Shown here in pieces: positions 41,244-51,367 of a stretch of 64,000 nt of DNA. Numbering within the stretch: the first letter of the stretch is position 1; each line of letters begins with the position of its first letter. The position numbers and the translations under genes are program-made. The notes beneath the pieces were generated by a model that did not search any database, was not told the origin of the DNA, and saw nothing but the letters and a program-made list of their open reading frames with translations. The stretch spans positions 128,001 to 192,000 of the forward strand of contig CAVUZH010000005.1 of NCBI GenBank assembly GCA_963745835.1, read 5' to 3'. The stretch is from an uncultured delta proteobacterium. GTDB taxonomy: Bacteria > Desulfobacterota > Binatia > UBA9968.

Positions 41244-42261
41244 CTAAGCAAAGGCCTTCGTGAGATCAAACGCCACCTGATCTTTGATAATGTAGTAACA
41301 AGCCCGGCAGAGCTTGTGCGCCACTGCTTTGATCCCCACAATCGCATTGCTCTTGGATTTCTTTTTCTGATAGAAGCTTTTGATCTTCGAATTAAACCGG
41401 ATCGCGAAGTTGGCCGCCTCCACAAAACGCCCAGGCCAAATACTTATTGCCGTTCTTGGTGTTGCCAGTTCCTTTACGCTTGCCGTTGCTGATCTTCTGG
41501 CTCCCCACACACCGGCAGTACGACGCGTAATTTCCGACACTGGCAAATCTCTCGATCTCTCCGGTCTCGAGCATGATAGTCAGCGCCAGGATGGGCCCGA
41601 TTCCGGGTACCGTCTTTAGAAACCTGAACTGAGAGCGCAGCTTGACTCGGTCTTGGACGGTTTTTTCCAGGATCTCGATCTGGGCATCAGCGCTGTTCAT
41701 CACCGCCAGATTGGCTTTGAGCGCTAGGACGAGATCCGGGTTGGGCAACACTCCATCGACGCGTTGGATATTGAGCGCTTTGATGTACTGGGCGCTGATC
41801 GTGTTCCCCGTGGTGCGGCTTATCAGACTCTGGATACTCAGAAGATTCGCCGTCCTTTGATGCACGAGCTGGCCCCGCTTACGCAACAAATCACGCAGCG
41901 CTCGCTCCTGCTTCGGATAGATGTAGCCCTCGGGTAAGACCCCGAGCCGGAGCAGATGGGCCAGCCACCGCGCATCGCTGTGGTCGTCGGTATACTTCAG
42001 CCCACTGTACTGCTGGATGGCCGCCGTGTTGGCGAGATGAAGTCGGTAGCCCTTCTCCATCAGTCCATCAACCAGCCAGTACCAGTTATAGGTAGACTCC
42101 ACCACGATGTCCTGAAGCGATCTCCGATAGGTTGACAGTTCCTGTGTGATCAACGAAAGATCGTTGGGCAAACGCTTCTGATACACCACTTGATCTTGCT
42201 CATTGATCACCACCGTCACGTTGTTGGTGGAATGCAAATCGATTGCTCCGTACAATTTCAT
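41244..42261 (-). CDS. IS110 family DEDD recombinase/transposase (frameshift near 41425)
   Basis: GAIDLH, VVEST, KYTDDHSDA; TVPGIG; KNGNKYL; tail AVAHKLCRACYY in ORF 41244..41546. Confidence 0.92.
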
Positions 42262-42342
42262 CCCGGTTCCTCCTTTGAGTGGGTGTGGGGTTGTTTCCCC
42301 GCACGTTACGGCCTCTCGAAGGACCCTGCTAGATGATTATCG

Positions 42343-42570
42343 GACCGGAGTAAACTGTGATTAAACAAACGAAGAGGCAATAAATAGCGTCGTTTACGGA
42401 CTTAGAGGCAGCTTTTTGATGCCGAAAAGCAAGTTTCTAAGGAAGACGCGATGCCACGCGCCAACCGCTATTTCCTGCCCGGATACGTCTGGCACATCAC
42501 CACCAACGCTGAAGCAAGTTCAATCGTTCAAACCGTTCAACCGCTTCGCTCCGTTCAAAACGTTTTACAA
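42343..42570 (+). repeat. Second copy of the RAYT-2 left-end remnant, ending in a 9-mer repeat arm
   Basis: Near-identical to 39123-39345, including ATGCCACGCGCCAACCGCTATTTC. Confidence 0.85.
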
Positions 42571-42630
42571 GCGAATACCAAAGCATTGTGATGTGATCGA
42601 AGCAGACAACATATCGCGAAGCCGCCTTTT

Positions 42631-43203
42631 CTACTGAAAGACGATCATATCCGTGCGGCTCAGGGTTGAGGCGTTGGCCTTCAGCGGTTCGTTGGTGGCG
42701 TTGGCGCTATTCTGATTCAGTATTTGGAATTGGCCGATCGCCACTTCGTAGTCCGTTGCGGCTAAGCTGGCATCTGTCGGTACAACGACCGTGTATCCCC
42801 GCAGTGTCGCTCCGACCGATGTATAGACCACCGAGCCGCTGACCTTCCAGCCGGTAAGAATCAGCGTCGTGATCCCCTTGGCCTTCAGCGTTTCGTCGAG
42901 ATCCGTGTTGTAGAATCGGTCCTGAGCATACGACTTGACCACAGGGTCGCCCGGAGCAGGAGCGACCTCCGGCATCCACTTCGAGCTCTCCGGCTCCCGG
43001 GTAGAGTACAGGACGAACACGCCGGCTTTTCGTGCCCGCGCCAGCAGCGAGGCGAGGGCCGGCACCATGACCCCGGTGCAATTCGGCTGGTTTTTGCAAA
43101 TACGATCGATCATGTCGAATACCAACAACGCCGTGGTCGCGGGTTGAAGGACAACTCTCACCGGGTCGGGAAGGGCCGGCATTTGCAGTGTCAGCATTGA
43201 CAT
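42631..43203 (-). CDS. Isochorismatase/cysteine hydrolase family protein
   Basis: TALLVFDM; FYNTDLDETLKAKGITTLILTG; RGYTVVVPTDA. Confidence 0.85.
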   Translation of the reverse strand: MSMLTLQMPALPDPVRVVLQPATTALLVFDMIDRICKNQPNCTGVMVPALASLLARARKAGVFVLYSTREPESSKWMPEVAPAPGDPVVKSYAQDRFYNTDLDETLKAKGITTLILTGWKVSGSVVYTSVGATLRGYTVVVPTDASLAATDYEVAIGQFQILNQNSANATNEPLKANASTLSRTDMIVFQ

Positions 43204-43229
43204 GGGGTTCCTCCGTAGAGCGCGAGCGT

Positions 43230-43383
43230 TAGCAGGCTGTTGAAAAAGGCCCACCTGCTTCGTTGCGCTCGATCGCTTCGCTCCAACGTATCAGTAAATA
43301 TGCCTCCGCTCATCGATTTCTCGCGCGCCTCGCATCTGGACCTTTTTGAACAGCCTGAAGTCAGGTTTTTCAACAAACGGCTC
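43230..43383. mobile_element. MITE family B, copy 2
   Basis: tagcaggctgttgaaaaa ... tttttcaacaaacggct; inverted homolog of 15563-15716. Confidence 0.7.
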
Positions 43384-43584
43384 TTCGAGTATCCGCCGAG
43401 CTCTGTATTGTAAATTTGAAACTTTATCTCTTGCGAAAGAAATATCGCCGGTGGGGAAAGGTGTCAACAGAATGTGGTGTTTGCTTGCCGTACAACTTGC
43501 AGCGACCTTTGCGGTAGATTCCCGTAATGACCAATGAAGCCGCCCGAAGCGGCTCAGGCTCGACAAGCGCCAATTGAGTTTTGA

Positions 43585-43939
43585 GGGACGTTGTTGACTA
43601 GCTGGAATAACTCTCGACGATGCCCGTCGGACTGGAAAATTTCCCCGGATTGCGGGAGGTGGTCGGCGGTTTGCTAAACCCTCATCTTGGTTTTTTTCCA
43701 AGGTAAATATCGAAGAACGAATGCAATCGTTGCTCGTTTGTAAACCTTCTCAATGAAGGAAGGAAGATGCGTCTCACCGTGAGATGAACGGGTAATCGAT
43801 TCAGCCCACGCACACGTAAGCACGAACACGACAGCTGGCCGGTCAGTCGTTTGGAACCATTGGAACTTTTGGAACCATTGGAACGAATGAATTCTCAGAC
43901 CGGCGACTTCAAGGTCGCAAGCTTTTCTGTCAGCTTCAT
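43585..43939 (+). repeat. About 355-bp direct repeat, copy 1: orphan RAYT-type end + intergenic DNA + 9-mer arm + 3' tip of an acetolactate synthase gene
   Basis: Starts GGGACGTTGTTGACTAGCTGG; near-identical to 46059-46420. Confidence 0.85.
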
Positions 43940-44142
43940 TGAGGACGCGTATCCGGTGTCAGCCTTGCTTAAGTTGCCTAACTAGATTCACTTCATACTA
44001 TTGTTTCGAGTTACTCATGATAGGCAAGTCCGATGGTAGACACGGACTCTCCGGCTTTCGACATCTCGCCCTGGATGGCGGGACGGCTCAACCGAGCTGA
44101 TGAATTTCTGTTAGCTTAACCGTGGCGGAACCGACATTCAAA

Positions 44143-44427
44143 TCAGGCGATTCTTCGCACCTTGATCTTGCCGGCATGTTTTTCGGCCTCGGCGAGATCA
44201 TATTCCATCTGGAGCCCAAGCCACACGTCCGGTTTGCTGCCGAAAGCTTTCGATAAGCGAATGGACATTTCCGGGGAAACACCGGCCTTGCCATTTATAA
44301 CATTGTTAAGAGCTTGTCGGGTCACACCCAGTCGTGCCGCCGCTTCTGTTATAGTCAGACCCAACGGTTCTATGCATTCCTGGCGGATAATCCTACCCGG
44401 ATGCGGTGGGTTTTTCATGCGTCCCAT
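44143..44427 (-). CDS. higA: HigA family antitoxin (HTH)
   Basis: PPHPG, LGVTRQAL and WLGLQMEYDL motifs. Confidence 0.92.
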   Translation of the reverse strand: MGRMKNPPHPGRIIRQECIEPLGLTITEAAARLGVTRQALNNVINGKAGVSPEMSIRLSKAFGSKPDVWLGLQMEYDLAEAEKHAGKIKVRRIA

Positions 44428-44462
44428 CTCTTCTCCTTTTGCCTATCCGGCCAAGGACAGGC

Positions 44463-44741
44463 TTAATGATAGTCGACCAAATTGACATCATACGCATCGC
44501 CATTCTTGAATCGAAACACTATGCGCCAGTTCGCCCGCACGATAACACTCCAGAACCCCTTCAGTTCTCCTCTCAGCGGATGCAGTCCAAAGCCGGGGAG
44601 ACTCATGTCTTCAGGTCCTTGGGCGCGGTTCAAAACAGCGAGAATGTTTTCAATCTTCGGAATGTGATCGGCGCTAACACCTCTGGTTTCGCCATCTTCA
44701 AATAGGCGTTTCAAGCCTTTGTGCTTGAAAGTTCGAATCAC
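44463..44741 (-). CDS. higB: HigB (RelE-like) toxin
   Basis: MIRTFKHKGLKRLF; LHPLRG; NWRIVFRF; VDYH; upstream of antitoxin. Confidence 0.92.
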   Translation of the reverse strand: MIRTFKHKGLKRLFEDGETRGVSADHIPKIENILAVLNRAQGPEDMSLPGFGLHPLRGELKGFWSVIVRANWRIVFRFKNGDAYDVNLVDYH

Positions 44742-44981
44742 GTGAGGTTGTTTTTACAGCTTTCCGTTTAGTATTATCTTATCTTATATTTCTATTGTTG
44801 CTCGTATTTACCATGACAAGTGGCACTTGTCAATTGTCAGAGAGGGTCTTAGGCGGTTCATCTCGACTGCCATTGGGCCATATCACTCGTAGATAATTCT
44901 CTTCAATTCCGCCTCGGCAGCCGTAGATTAAGAGCTGACCGGAGGGTCCACCGTTTAGCGCGTTTTCTTAAGGGGTGCCAA

Positions 44982-45077
44982 GGGGCGTCGTTGACTAGCT
45001 GGAATAAGTCTCGACTGCGATCATCGGACTGCGAGAGTCATCAGTGATTTATGGGAAGCGGTCGGCAGTTTGCTAAA
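44982..45077 (+). repeat. Third orphan RAYT-type end (about 95 bp), co-oriented with 43585 and 46059
   Basis: ggggcgtcgttgactagctggaataagtctcgac...ggtcggcagtttgctaaa. Confidence 0.7.
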
Positions 45078-45239
45078 TGGATCGTATGGGGTCAAGCGTG
45101 ACATCTGCTATTCTCAACAGCGGTTTGTCGAAAGAGTGGGGTCTGGTACAACAGCTTTTTGATGTTGACGCGAAGGTGAACACGACGCACGCTTGAAGAA
45201 TAGATAGCGGAAAAATTTGAACGGCTGATCTCGACTCCT

Positions 45240-45550
45240 TTTTCAAACTCACGCTTTTCCCGGACAAGATGGAAGCGGCGCCGAAGGTGAAAGGCAAAAA
45301 GGCGACCAGTAAGACGGGGAGCGACAAGGACCTGCGGACGAATCAGGAAGCCACTACACTTGACCGCGTGCATGCGGCGATGCTGTGCAAGCGAGCGGTC
45401 GGACGAATGGGTTGAGAGCTTGAGAAGGCCGAGCAGGAGCGCGGGCCGGATCTCCTTACGATTTGGCGAATGCGCTCTCGGCATTGTATCTAAGTAGAGT
45501 GAAGAGAAGCGAAGATGCTGGACTGCAAGATGTATGCTGGCTGCTGCGGC
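45240..45550 (+). pseudogene. Decayed C-terminal fragment of a DUF1156-type DNA methyltransferase
   Basis: Across shifts reads ATTLDRVHAAML...ASGRTNGLRA...KAEQERGPD...LANALSALY...EEKR; family recognised from memory. Confidence 0.55.
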
Positions 45551-46058
45551 GAGGTGATATGTCAATGTGAAACGGTCGCTGGGATGCCGTTAGGATACCA
45601 TTGTCGATGGCCGACAATGCGTAGCCAAACAGAAACACCCCGAAGACAGGTTCGAGGAACTCAAAGCGATAGCCAATCTCTCAGCTTCCCGAAGGGCCAG
45701 GGACAGACGCATGGGCGAAAGGGACTGGAGCGTTTGGCCATGAACGTGCGTGGCGACCGACTTTCAAGCTGGACAGAGAAAGCGGTCAAGTGGATCGCCC
45801 AGGACGCTGACGTCTGAAAATCTATAATCATTGCCGCTGGATACGGGCATTGGCCTGAATAATATCGGGCCGGCTTGCTCAATCTTTTTCTAGACGGAGA
45901 AGGTATTTTCACTCTTTACGCCTTTTCTCGGCGATGTTCTCAGTGAAAGTCGATGAAACATGTGCTCGGCCGTTGCGCCTCTGAGCGAGTTTTCGGGATC
46001 ACAATCTTCGCTGAGATGTGGTTAACGAAGTAGCGCGCACAGATTGATAAGCCGTAAA

Positions 46059-46420
46059 GGGACGTATGTTGACTAGCTGAGGATGATGACTCTCGACGAT
46101 GCCCGTCGGACTGGAAAATTTCCCCGGGATTGCGGGAGGTAGTCGGCGGTTTGCTAAATCCTCATCTTGAGTTTTTTTTCCAAGGTAAATATCGAAGACC
46201 GAATGCAATCGTTGCTCGTTTGTATACCTTCTCAATGAAGGAAGGAAGATGCGTCTCACCGTGAGATGAACGGGTAATCGATTCAGCCCGCGCACACGTA
46301 AGCACGAACACGACAGCTGGCCGGTCAGACGTTTGGAACCATTGGAACTTTTGGAACCATTGGAACGAATGAATTCTCAGACCGGCGACTTCAAGGTCGC
46401 AAGCTTTTCGGTCAGCTTCA
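46059..46420 (+). repeat. About 355-bp direct repeat, copy 2
   Basis: Near-identical to 43585-43939; continues further into the ALS fragment. Confidence 0.85.
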
Positions 46421-46547
46421 TGTTCTCCGAGTAGTCCACCGGACAATCGATAATCGCGACCGTGTCGTCGGCCAGCGCCTGCTTGAGCGTCGGCACTAAA
46501 TCGGCGGCGCGCTCGATCCGGTATCCCTTGGCGCCAAAGCTTTCGGC
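46377..46547 (-). pseudogene. 3' fragment of acetolactate synthase large subunit
   Basis: AESFGAKGYRIERAADLVPTLKQALADDTVAIIDCPVDYSENMKLTEKLATLKSPV*; no upstream gene body. Confidence 0.75.
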
Positions 46548-46562
46548 GGGACGTCCCTTCGG

Positions 46563-47091
46563 TTAACCGCGATAATAAATCTGGTTGCCTTCCAATTGCG
46601 CAAACGGCGGCAGCTTGTGCTCGTGACAACCGTTATCCATGATGTGACGGACTCTCCCATTCTCTCGCAAGAAAAGCATCCGCTAGCAACTGGCGGTGGC
46701 AGCGCCAGGGCACGGCTTCGGCGCACAGGAACGTGATCCGCCGAGTGTCTGCGAGCTCTCCCACTTCGGTCATGATCGTTTGGAATTCGGGAGTCAACAT
46801 GAAATCGGCATAGGCGCGAAACGCGCCGACTCTCCAGGCGGTATTCGGAGAATCAGGCGCCGGTTTACGAAATCCGCCAAGATCGCCGCGCCAGAGATAA
46901 TCGATTCTTGCCGTCTTCAACTCGGTAGTGAGCGATTCCCGATTGAAATGAGGCAGGCGCCGCGATGCCGGCCAGCGCCGCACGTCGACAACCGTCTCGA
47001 TATCGTGCGCTTTCAAAAGCTCAATGAGTACGCCGATGGTTCGAGTCGAATGGCCAATCGTATGAATCGTGTGTGGAGATTCGCAGCTCAC
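46563..47091 (-). CDS. DUF488 family protein (frameshift near 46655)
   Basis: TIGHSTR, VDVRRWPASRR and CAEAVPWRCHR motifs; tail RVRHIM...IYYRG* in shifted frame. Confidence 0.85.
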
Positions 47092-47168
47092 TGACTTTTC
47101 TCGCGATCTATTTCTAAATTAACCGACTCTTGGCTGTTCACCAACAAAAGGGATGCTATTCTTTTGCG

Positions 47169-48380
47169 ATGTGGCATTCGGTTCCGCTCACGCTTTTCTG
47201 GTTTACCTACATGGCATCTCTTGGGATTTATTTCCCTTACTTCAGTCTCTATCTGCGGGAGAACGCGGGTCTCTCCGGTACGCAGTTAGGGCTGGTGCTC
47301 GCGGTTCCTCCGCTCATTGGCATGGTGGCGCAACCTTTCTGGGGACAGGTGGCCGATCGCACCGGAGCACGGAGCCGGGTGCTGGCCTTTCTCAGTCTTG
47401 GGACGGCTGCCGGTTACCTGGCGCTGGGCTACGCTCAGGATTTCGACACCATACTTCTGGCGACAGTAGCGCTATCGATCCCTGGAACGGCGCTGTTCCC
47501 GATGATGATGTCGGTGACACTGGCGGTTCTGCGCGATGCCGGCCACCATGCATTCGGCCGAGTGCGGGTGTGGGGCACAGCCGGGTTTTTTATTCTGGTG
47601 GTTGGTTTCCCATGGATTCTTTCCCGCTATCGGATGCGTTATGGGTTAGAGGCTGCGACTCCCGCTGTCTCCCAGCCGGGGCTGGAAGTTATGTTCCCGG
47701 TGACGGCTGCCCTGGTATTCGCCGCCGCGCTAATCGCATTCTTCCTGCCGCAACATGGGGTAGTCGGGGTGCGCGCCGCGCGCGGCGACTGGCGCGAGCT
47801 TTTGCGCAATAACGGTTTTCTAAGATTTTTATTTTTCGCGCTCGTGGCTCACTTTCTTTTGCACGGCCCTATGTGGTTCTTTCCGCTTTTTGTGCGCTCG
47901 CGCGGTGGCGACCTCGATATGATCCGCGGCATGTGGATTTTGATGCTGCTCGTTGAAATCCCGCTGGTCTTTTCCACCGGCAGCGGGCTCAAGAGTTTGG
48001 GCGCGCGCGGCTTACTCACCGTCGGGGTTTTGGTCGGGGGATTGCGCTGGCTTCTTTCCGCATTGATCACGGATCATCATCTGCTGTTTGCGGTTCAGGC
48101 GCTGCATGGGGTGACTGTGGTCGGGCTCAATCTCGGCAGTCCGTTATATTTGGATACGGTAGCGCCGGAAAAGCTGCGCTCCACGGCCCAGGGAATTCTG
48201 TCGATGGTTGCGCTTGGGATCGCCGGCATTTCCTCGAATACGGCGGCGGGTTGGCTCGTCGATCAAGGCGGCACGGACAGTCTGTATCTAATTTGCGGAA
48301 TTGGCTCGCTCACCCTGGCGCTTCTGGCAGGATGGATTTTACCCGCGCCCAATTATCGCGCCGATGGCGGCTTGGCGTGA
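47169..48380 (+). CDS. MFS transporter (MFS_1-like/LacY-nucleoside group)
   Basis: YFPYFSLYL, WGQVADRTG and FGRVRVWGT motifs; about 12 TM. Confidence 0.88.
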   Translation: MWHSVPLTLFWFTYMASLGIYFPYFSLYLRENAGLSGTQLGLVLAVPPLIGMVAQPFWGQVADRTGARSRVLAFLSLGTAAGYLALGYAQDFDTILLATVALSIPGTALFPMMMSVTLAVLRDAGHHAFGRVRVWGTAGFFILVVGFPWILSRYRMRYGLEAATPAVSQPGLEVMFPVTAALVFAAALIAFFLPQHGVVGVRAARGDWRELLRNNGFLRFLFFALVAHFLLHGPMWFFPLFVRSRGGDLDMIRGMWILMLLVEIPLVFSTGSGLKSLGARGLLTVGVLVGGLRWLLSALITDHHLLFAVQALHGVTVVGLNLGSPLYLDTVAPEKLRSTAQGILSMVALGIAGISSNTAAGWLVDQGGTDSLYLICGIGSLTLALLAGWILPAPNYRADGGLA

Positions 48381-48463
48381 AACAATCAACGATTCTTCAT
48401 TTAGGTTCGACCAAGAAGGTTGTAATATCTTAAGCTAGTGAAATGTTCGAGTATCGGAGTTTT

Positions 48464-49120
48464 ATGTCGAAAGTCACCTGTCGGTCATGGATAATCCTTT
48501 TATTGGCCGGGTTCGTCTGCCTCTGTGCCGGTCGAGTTGGAGCGGCGCAAAGCTCTTCTTTGAAAGACATCTTAGCTTCTTTGGAAAAAGGGCCGGTATT
48601 GGGATTACCGAGCGCGCCGATAACCATCGTTGAATTTTCCGATTTTCGTTGCAGCTTCTGTAAGAAGTTTTGGGCCGACACCCTGCCAAAGCTCAAGAAA
48701 TCCTATTTCGAAAAAGGAACGGTGCAGTTTGTCTTTCGCCATTTTGCGATTTTAGGCAAACAGTCCGAACAGGCGGCGCTGGCCTCGGAATGCGCCGCCG
48801 AGCAGGGAAAATTCTGGCAATATCATGATAAGCTCTTTGCCAATCAAGCGACGTTAGGATTCGGCGAATCCAAGCTCAAGGGATATGCCGGCGAATTGAG
48901 CCTGCAGCAGGCGAAGTTCGACGGTTGCCTGGCGACGGGGAAATATAACTCCAAAGTAGAAAAGGAAACCGTGACCGCGGCTTATCTTGGCGGGCGCGGC
49001 ACGCCCATGTTTCTGGTCAACGATTGGCTCTTGGTGGGGGCGCAACCGTTTGAGACGTTTCAAAAGGTCATCGGTCAAGCGCTCGAGTTGAGCAAGGACA
49101 AACCTAAGCCGGAACGCTGA
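48464..49120 (+). CDS. DsbA family protein (Thioredoxin_4)
   Basis: APITIVEFSDFRCSFC; GTPMF; GAQPFE. Confidence 0.9.
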   Translation: MSKVTCRSWIILLLAGFVCLCAGRVGAAQSSSLKDILASLEKGPVLGLPSAPITIVEFSDFRCSFCKKFWADTLPKLKKSYFEKGTVQFVFRHFAILGKQSEQAALASECAAEQGKFWQYHDKLFANQATLGFGESKLKGYAGELSLQQAKFDGCLATGKYNSKVEKETVTAAYLGGRGTPMFLVNDWLLVGAQPFETFQKVIGQALELSKDKPKPER

Positions 49121-49196
49121 GTTCTCGGGATTGTTTAACTTTCGTTTAAAGTGCCTGGCGATGGATTATTACTTTCGTTCGCCGGCTAAAGAGCTC

Positions 49197-50042
49197 ATGC
49201 CCAGTCAGACCGACGCTGCAAATCGAGATCATACGGGCCAGCTTTTTTCACCTGATAGCATAATTTGGCAGGTCGATCGGGAGATGGCTTTGTTGTTAGC
49301 CGGTGGCCGCGCATTGCTGTTGCAGCTCGCGCATCCCAAAGTTGCCGCCGGTGTGGCGCAGTATAGCCGCTTTCAACAAAATCCTTTAGCCCGTCTGCAG
49401 CGCACCATGAGCGCAATGTGGTCGATCGGCTTTGACGAATCCGCAAAGGCCTTTGCCACGCTTGAGCGGGTCGGCAATATCCATAAGCGCGTTCACGGCA
49501 CGGTCGAGGACGGTGAGGCAGTGCCGCACGGCACTTCCTACGATGCCCGTGATCCGCAGCTATTGATGTGGGTTCATGCGACCTTGATCGATTCCGCGAT
49601 CATGGCCTACGATCTTTTCGTCAAACCTCTATCGATCCAGGAAAAGGCCCGCTATTACGAAGAGTCGAAAAAACTCGCCGAGCTTTTCGACATCCCTAAC
49701 GAAATCGTACCTGGGTCATTGGGCGAATTCAGCGCCTACTTCGATAAGATGATACAGGGCAACACGATTGCGGTGGGGTCGACCGCCCGATCTCTAGCGC
49801 ATGACATTGTCTATCCAACACCGTGGATTTTGCGTCCGGCGTCACCGCTGTTTCGGGTGGTGACGGCGGGATTACTGCCCGAGCGAATGCGCAGCGCGTA
49901 CGGTCTGAAGTGGAATGGACCTAGAGAAAAAGTTTTCTGGCTGTTTGCCAGGCTGTTCCGTCTGTTACTGCCGTTTATCCCGCGGCCCGTGCGAATTGTT
50001 CCCAATGCGCGCGCCGCGGAGAAGCGTCTGGGCTTGTCCTAA
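49197..50042 (+). CDS. DUF2236 / oxygenase MpaB family protein
   Basis: GGRALLLQLAHPKVAAGV; YDARDPQLLMWVHATL. Confidence 0.88.
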   Translation: MPSQTDAANRDHTGQLFSPDSIIWQVDREMALLLAGGRALLLQLAHPKVAAGVAQYSRFQQNPLARLQRTMSAMWSIGFDESAKAFATLERVGNIHKRVHGTVEDGEAVPHGTSYDARDPQLLMWVHATLIDSAIMAYDLFVKPLSIQEKARYYEESKKLAELFDIPNEIVPGSLGEFSAYFDKMIQGNTIAVGSTARSLAHDIVYPTPWILRPASPLFRVVTAGLLPERMRSAYGLKWNGPREKVFWLFARLFRLLLPFIPRPVRIVPNARAAEKRLGLS

Positions 50043-50280
50043 ACCCGGATTCCGCACTCCAAAGTGACACAGTGATCAAGCGGTGAGCCCTCCGGAGCGA
50101 ATGCAATGGGCCAGCGGCTTGTAGCGGTCTGCATTCTCCCGTACTGCGGCGCACTCACGGAAAAATTGCCAGCTCTGGACCGAGCACCCTAGACGACATT
50201 GAAATAGTTCGCTTCTATGCCTTCGCTCCTGCAGGCTCACCTCTTGATTGGTACAGAGGTGTCAATCTCTGCTGCGGGCT
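50041..50280. mobile_element. MITE family A, copy 2 (right end decayed)
   Basis: aaacccggattccgcac...; internal similarity to 15274-15521; between convergent genes. Confidence 0.65.
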
Positions 50281-51235
50281 AAACCGGCAAGCCGGTTTTC
50301 TCCGGCACGCCGAGCATTAGATTTAAATTCTGAATTGCCACTCCAGCCGCGCCTTTGCCAAGATTGTCGAGGCGGGCAACGAGCACCACATGCCCGGAAG
50401 GGTGTGTCAGCACGTGCAGAGAGATTCGATTCGTGTCGTTATGGGCTTGCGGATCGAAAGTAAATTCATCGGTATCGTTGGCATCGCTCAATGGCTCAAC
50501 CTGGACGAAGGCTTCACCGGTATAGCGCGCCGTGAGAGTTTCCCACATTGCCTGGCCGCCGCCGGATTTCGGCAAGGCTTTGGCGGGGATCATCACCTGC
50601 ACTCGCATGCCGCAGCGAAAAGGCCCGACCGCGGGGATGAACTGCGGCTCGTTGGTGAGTCCGCTCCAACGCATGATCTCGGGTATGTGCTTGTGGAGTT
50701 TGCCGACGCTGTAAGGCGCTTCGTACGGCAGGTTTCTCAACGGTCCGGTCGGGTTCTCCCACCGCTCGATCATCGAGCGACCGCCGCCCGAATAGCCGGA
50801 AAGAGCGTGGACCGAGAACGCCGCATCGGCAGCTATCAGACCGGCATCGACCAGCGGGCGCACCAGTAAGATCACCGCCGAGGAGTAACAGCCCGGGTTG
50901 GCGACGCGACGGGCCTGCGCAATGCGTTGGCGCTGGCCACTCGTCAATTCAGGCAAGCCGTACACCCAACCATCCGCTACGCGATGCGCCGTGCTGGCGT
51001 CGAGAATCCTTACGCGGGAGTCCGCCAGCCAAGCTGCAGCTTCTTTTGCGGCATCGTCGGGAAGGCAAAGCAGAACGATTTCCGCATTTCGCAGTGTCTT
51101 CTGGCGCATGGCCGGATCTTTGCGCAGTTCCTCGGGTAGGAGCATCACTTCAAGATCATCGCGGCCGGCAAGCCAATCGCGAATCCGTAGCGCTGTCGTT
51201 CCGGCTTGACCGTCAATAAATATTCGGGGCGGCAT
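50279..51235 (-). CDS. argC: N-acetyl-gamma-glutamyl-phosphate reductase (type 2)
   Basis: IFIDGQAGTTAL, ANPGCY, SGYSGGG and DNLGKGAAG motifs. Confidence 0.93.
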   Translation of the reverse strand: MPPRIFIDGQAGTTALRIRDWLAGRDDLEVMLLPEELRKDPAMRQKTLRNAEIVLLCLPDDAAKEAAAWLADSRVRILDASTAHRVADGWVYGLPELTSGQRQRIAQARRVANPGCYSSAVILLVRPLVDAGLIAADAAFSVHALSGYSGGGRSMIERWENPTGPLRNLPYEAPYSVGKLHKHIPEIMRWSGLTNEPQFIPAVGPFRCGMRVQVMIPAKALPKSGGGQAMWETLTARYTGEAFVQVEPLSDANDTDEFTFDPQAHNDTNRISLHVLTHPSGHVVLVARLDNLGKGAAGVAIQNLNLMLGVPEKTGLPV

Positions 51236-51367
51236 TGCAAATTCCTTCGTCGAACGGAAGAAGTTTACGACGAATTCTTAGGCTTAGCAAAACCGGCAGA
51301 TCCTTATCAGCAGCAAGGGCTTTGCCGAAGTTTATTCAGCGGTGTGACGAAAAGGCTTAACGGCTGG

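Larger units (their letters stand above)
40786..42342 (-). mobile_element. IS110-family (IS1111 group) insertion sequence, 1557 bp
   Basis: TCG core at both boundaries (40783-40785, 42340-42342); subterminal IRs cattagcagg 40788-40797 / cctgctagatg 42325-42335; flanks rejoin to match 39103-39160. Confidence 0.9.

Noticed and set aside
41400-41440. Programmed frameshift in the IS110 transposase
   Set aside because: IS110 enzymes are single-ORF; the shift is in a short T-run like other probable sequencing indels.
48464-49120. Second selenoprotein candidate
   Set aside because: Active site is ordinary CSFC with no in-frame TGA.
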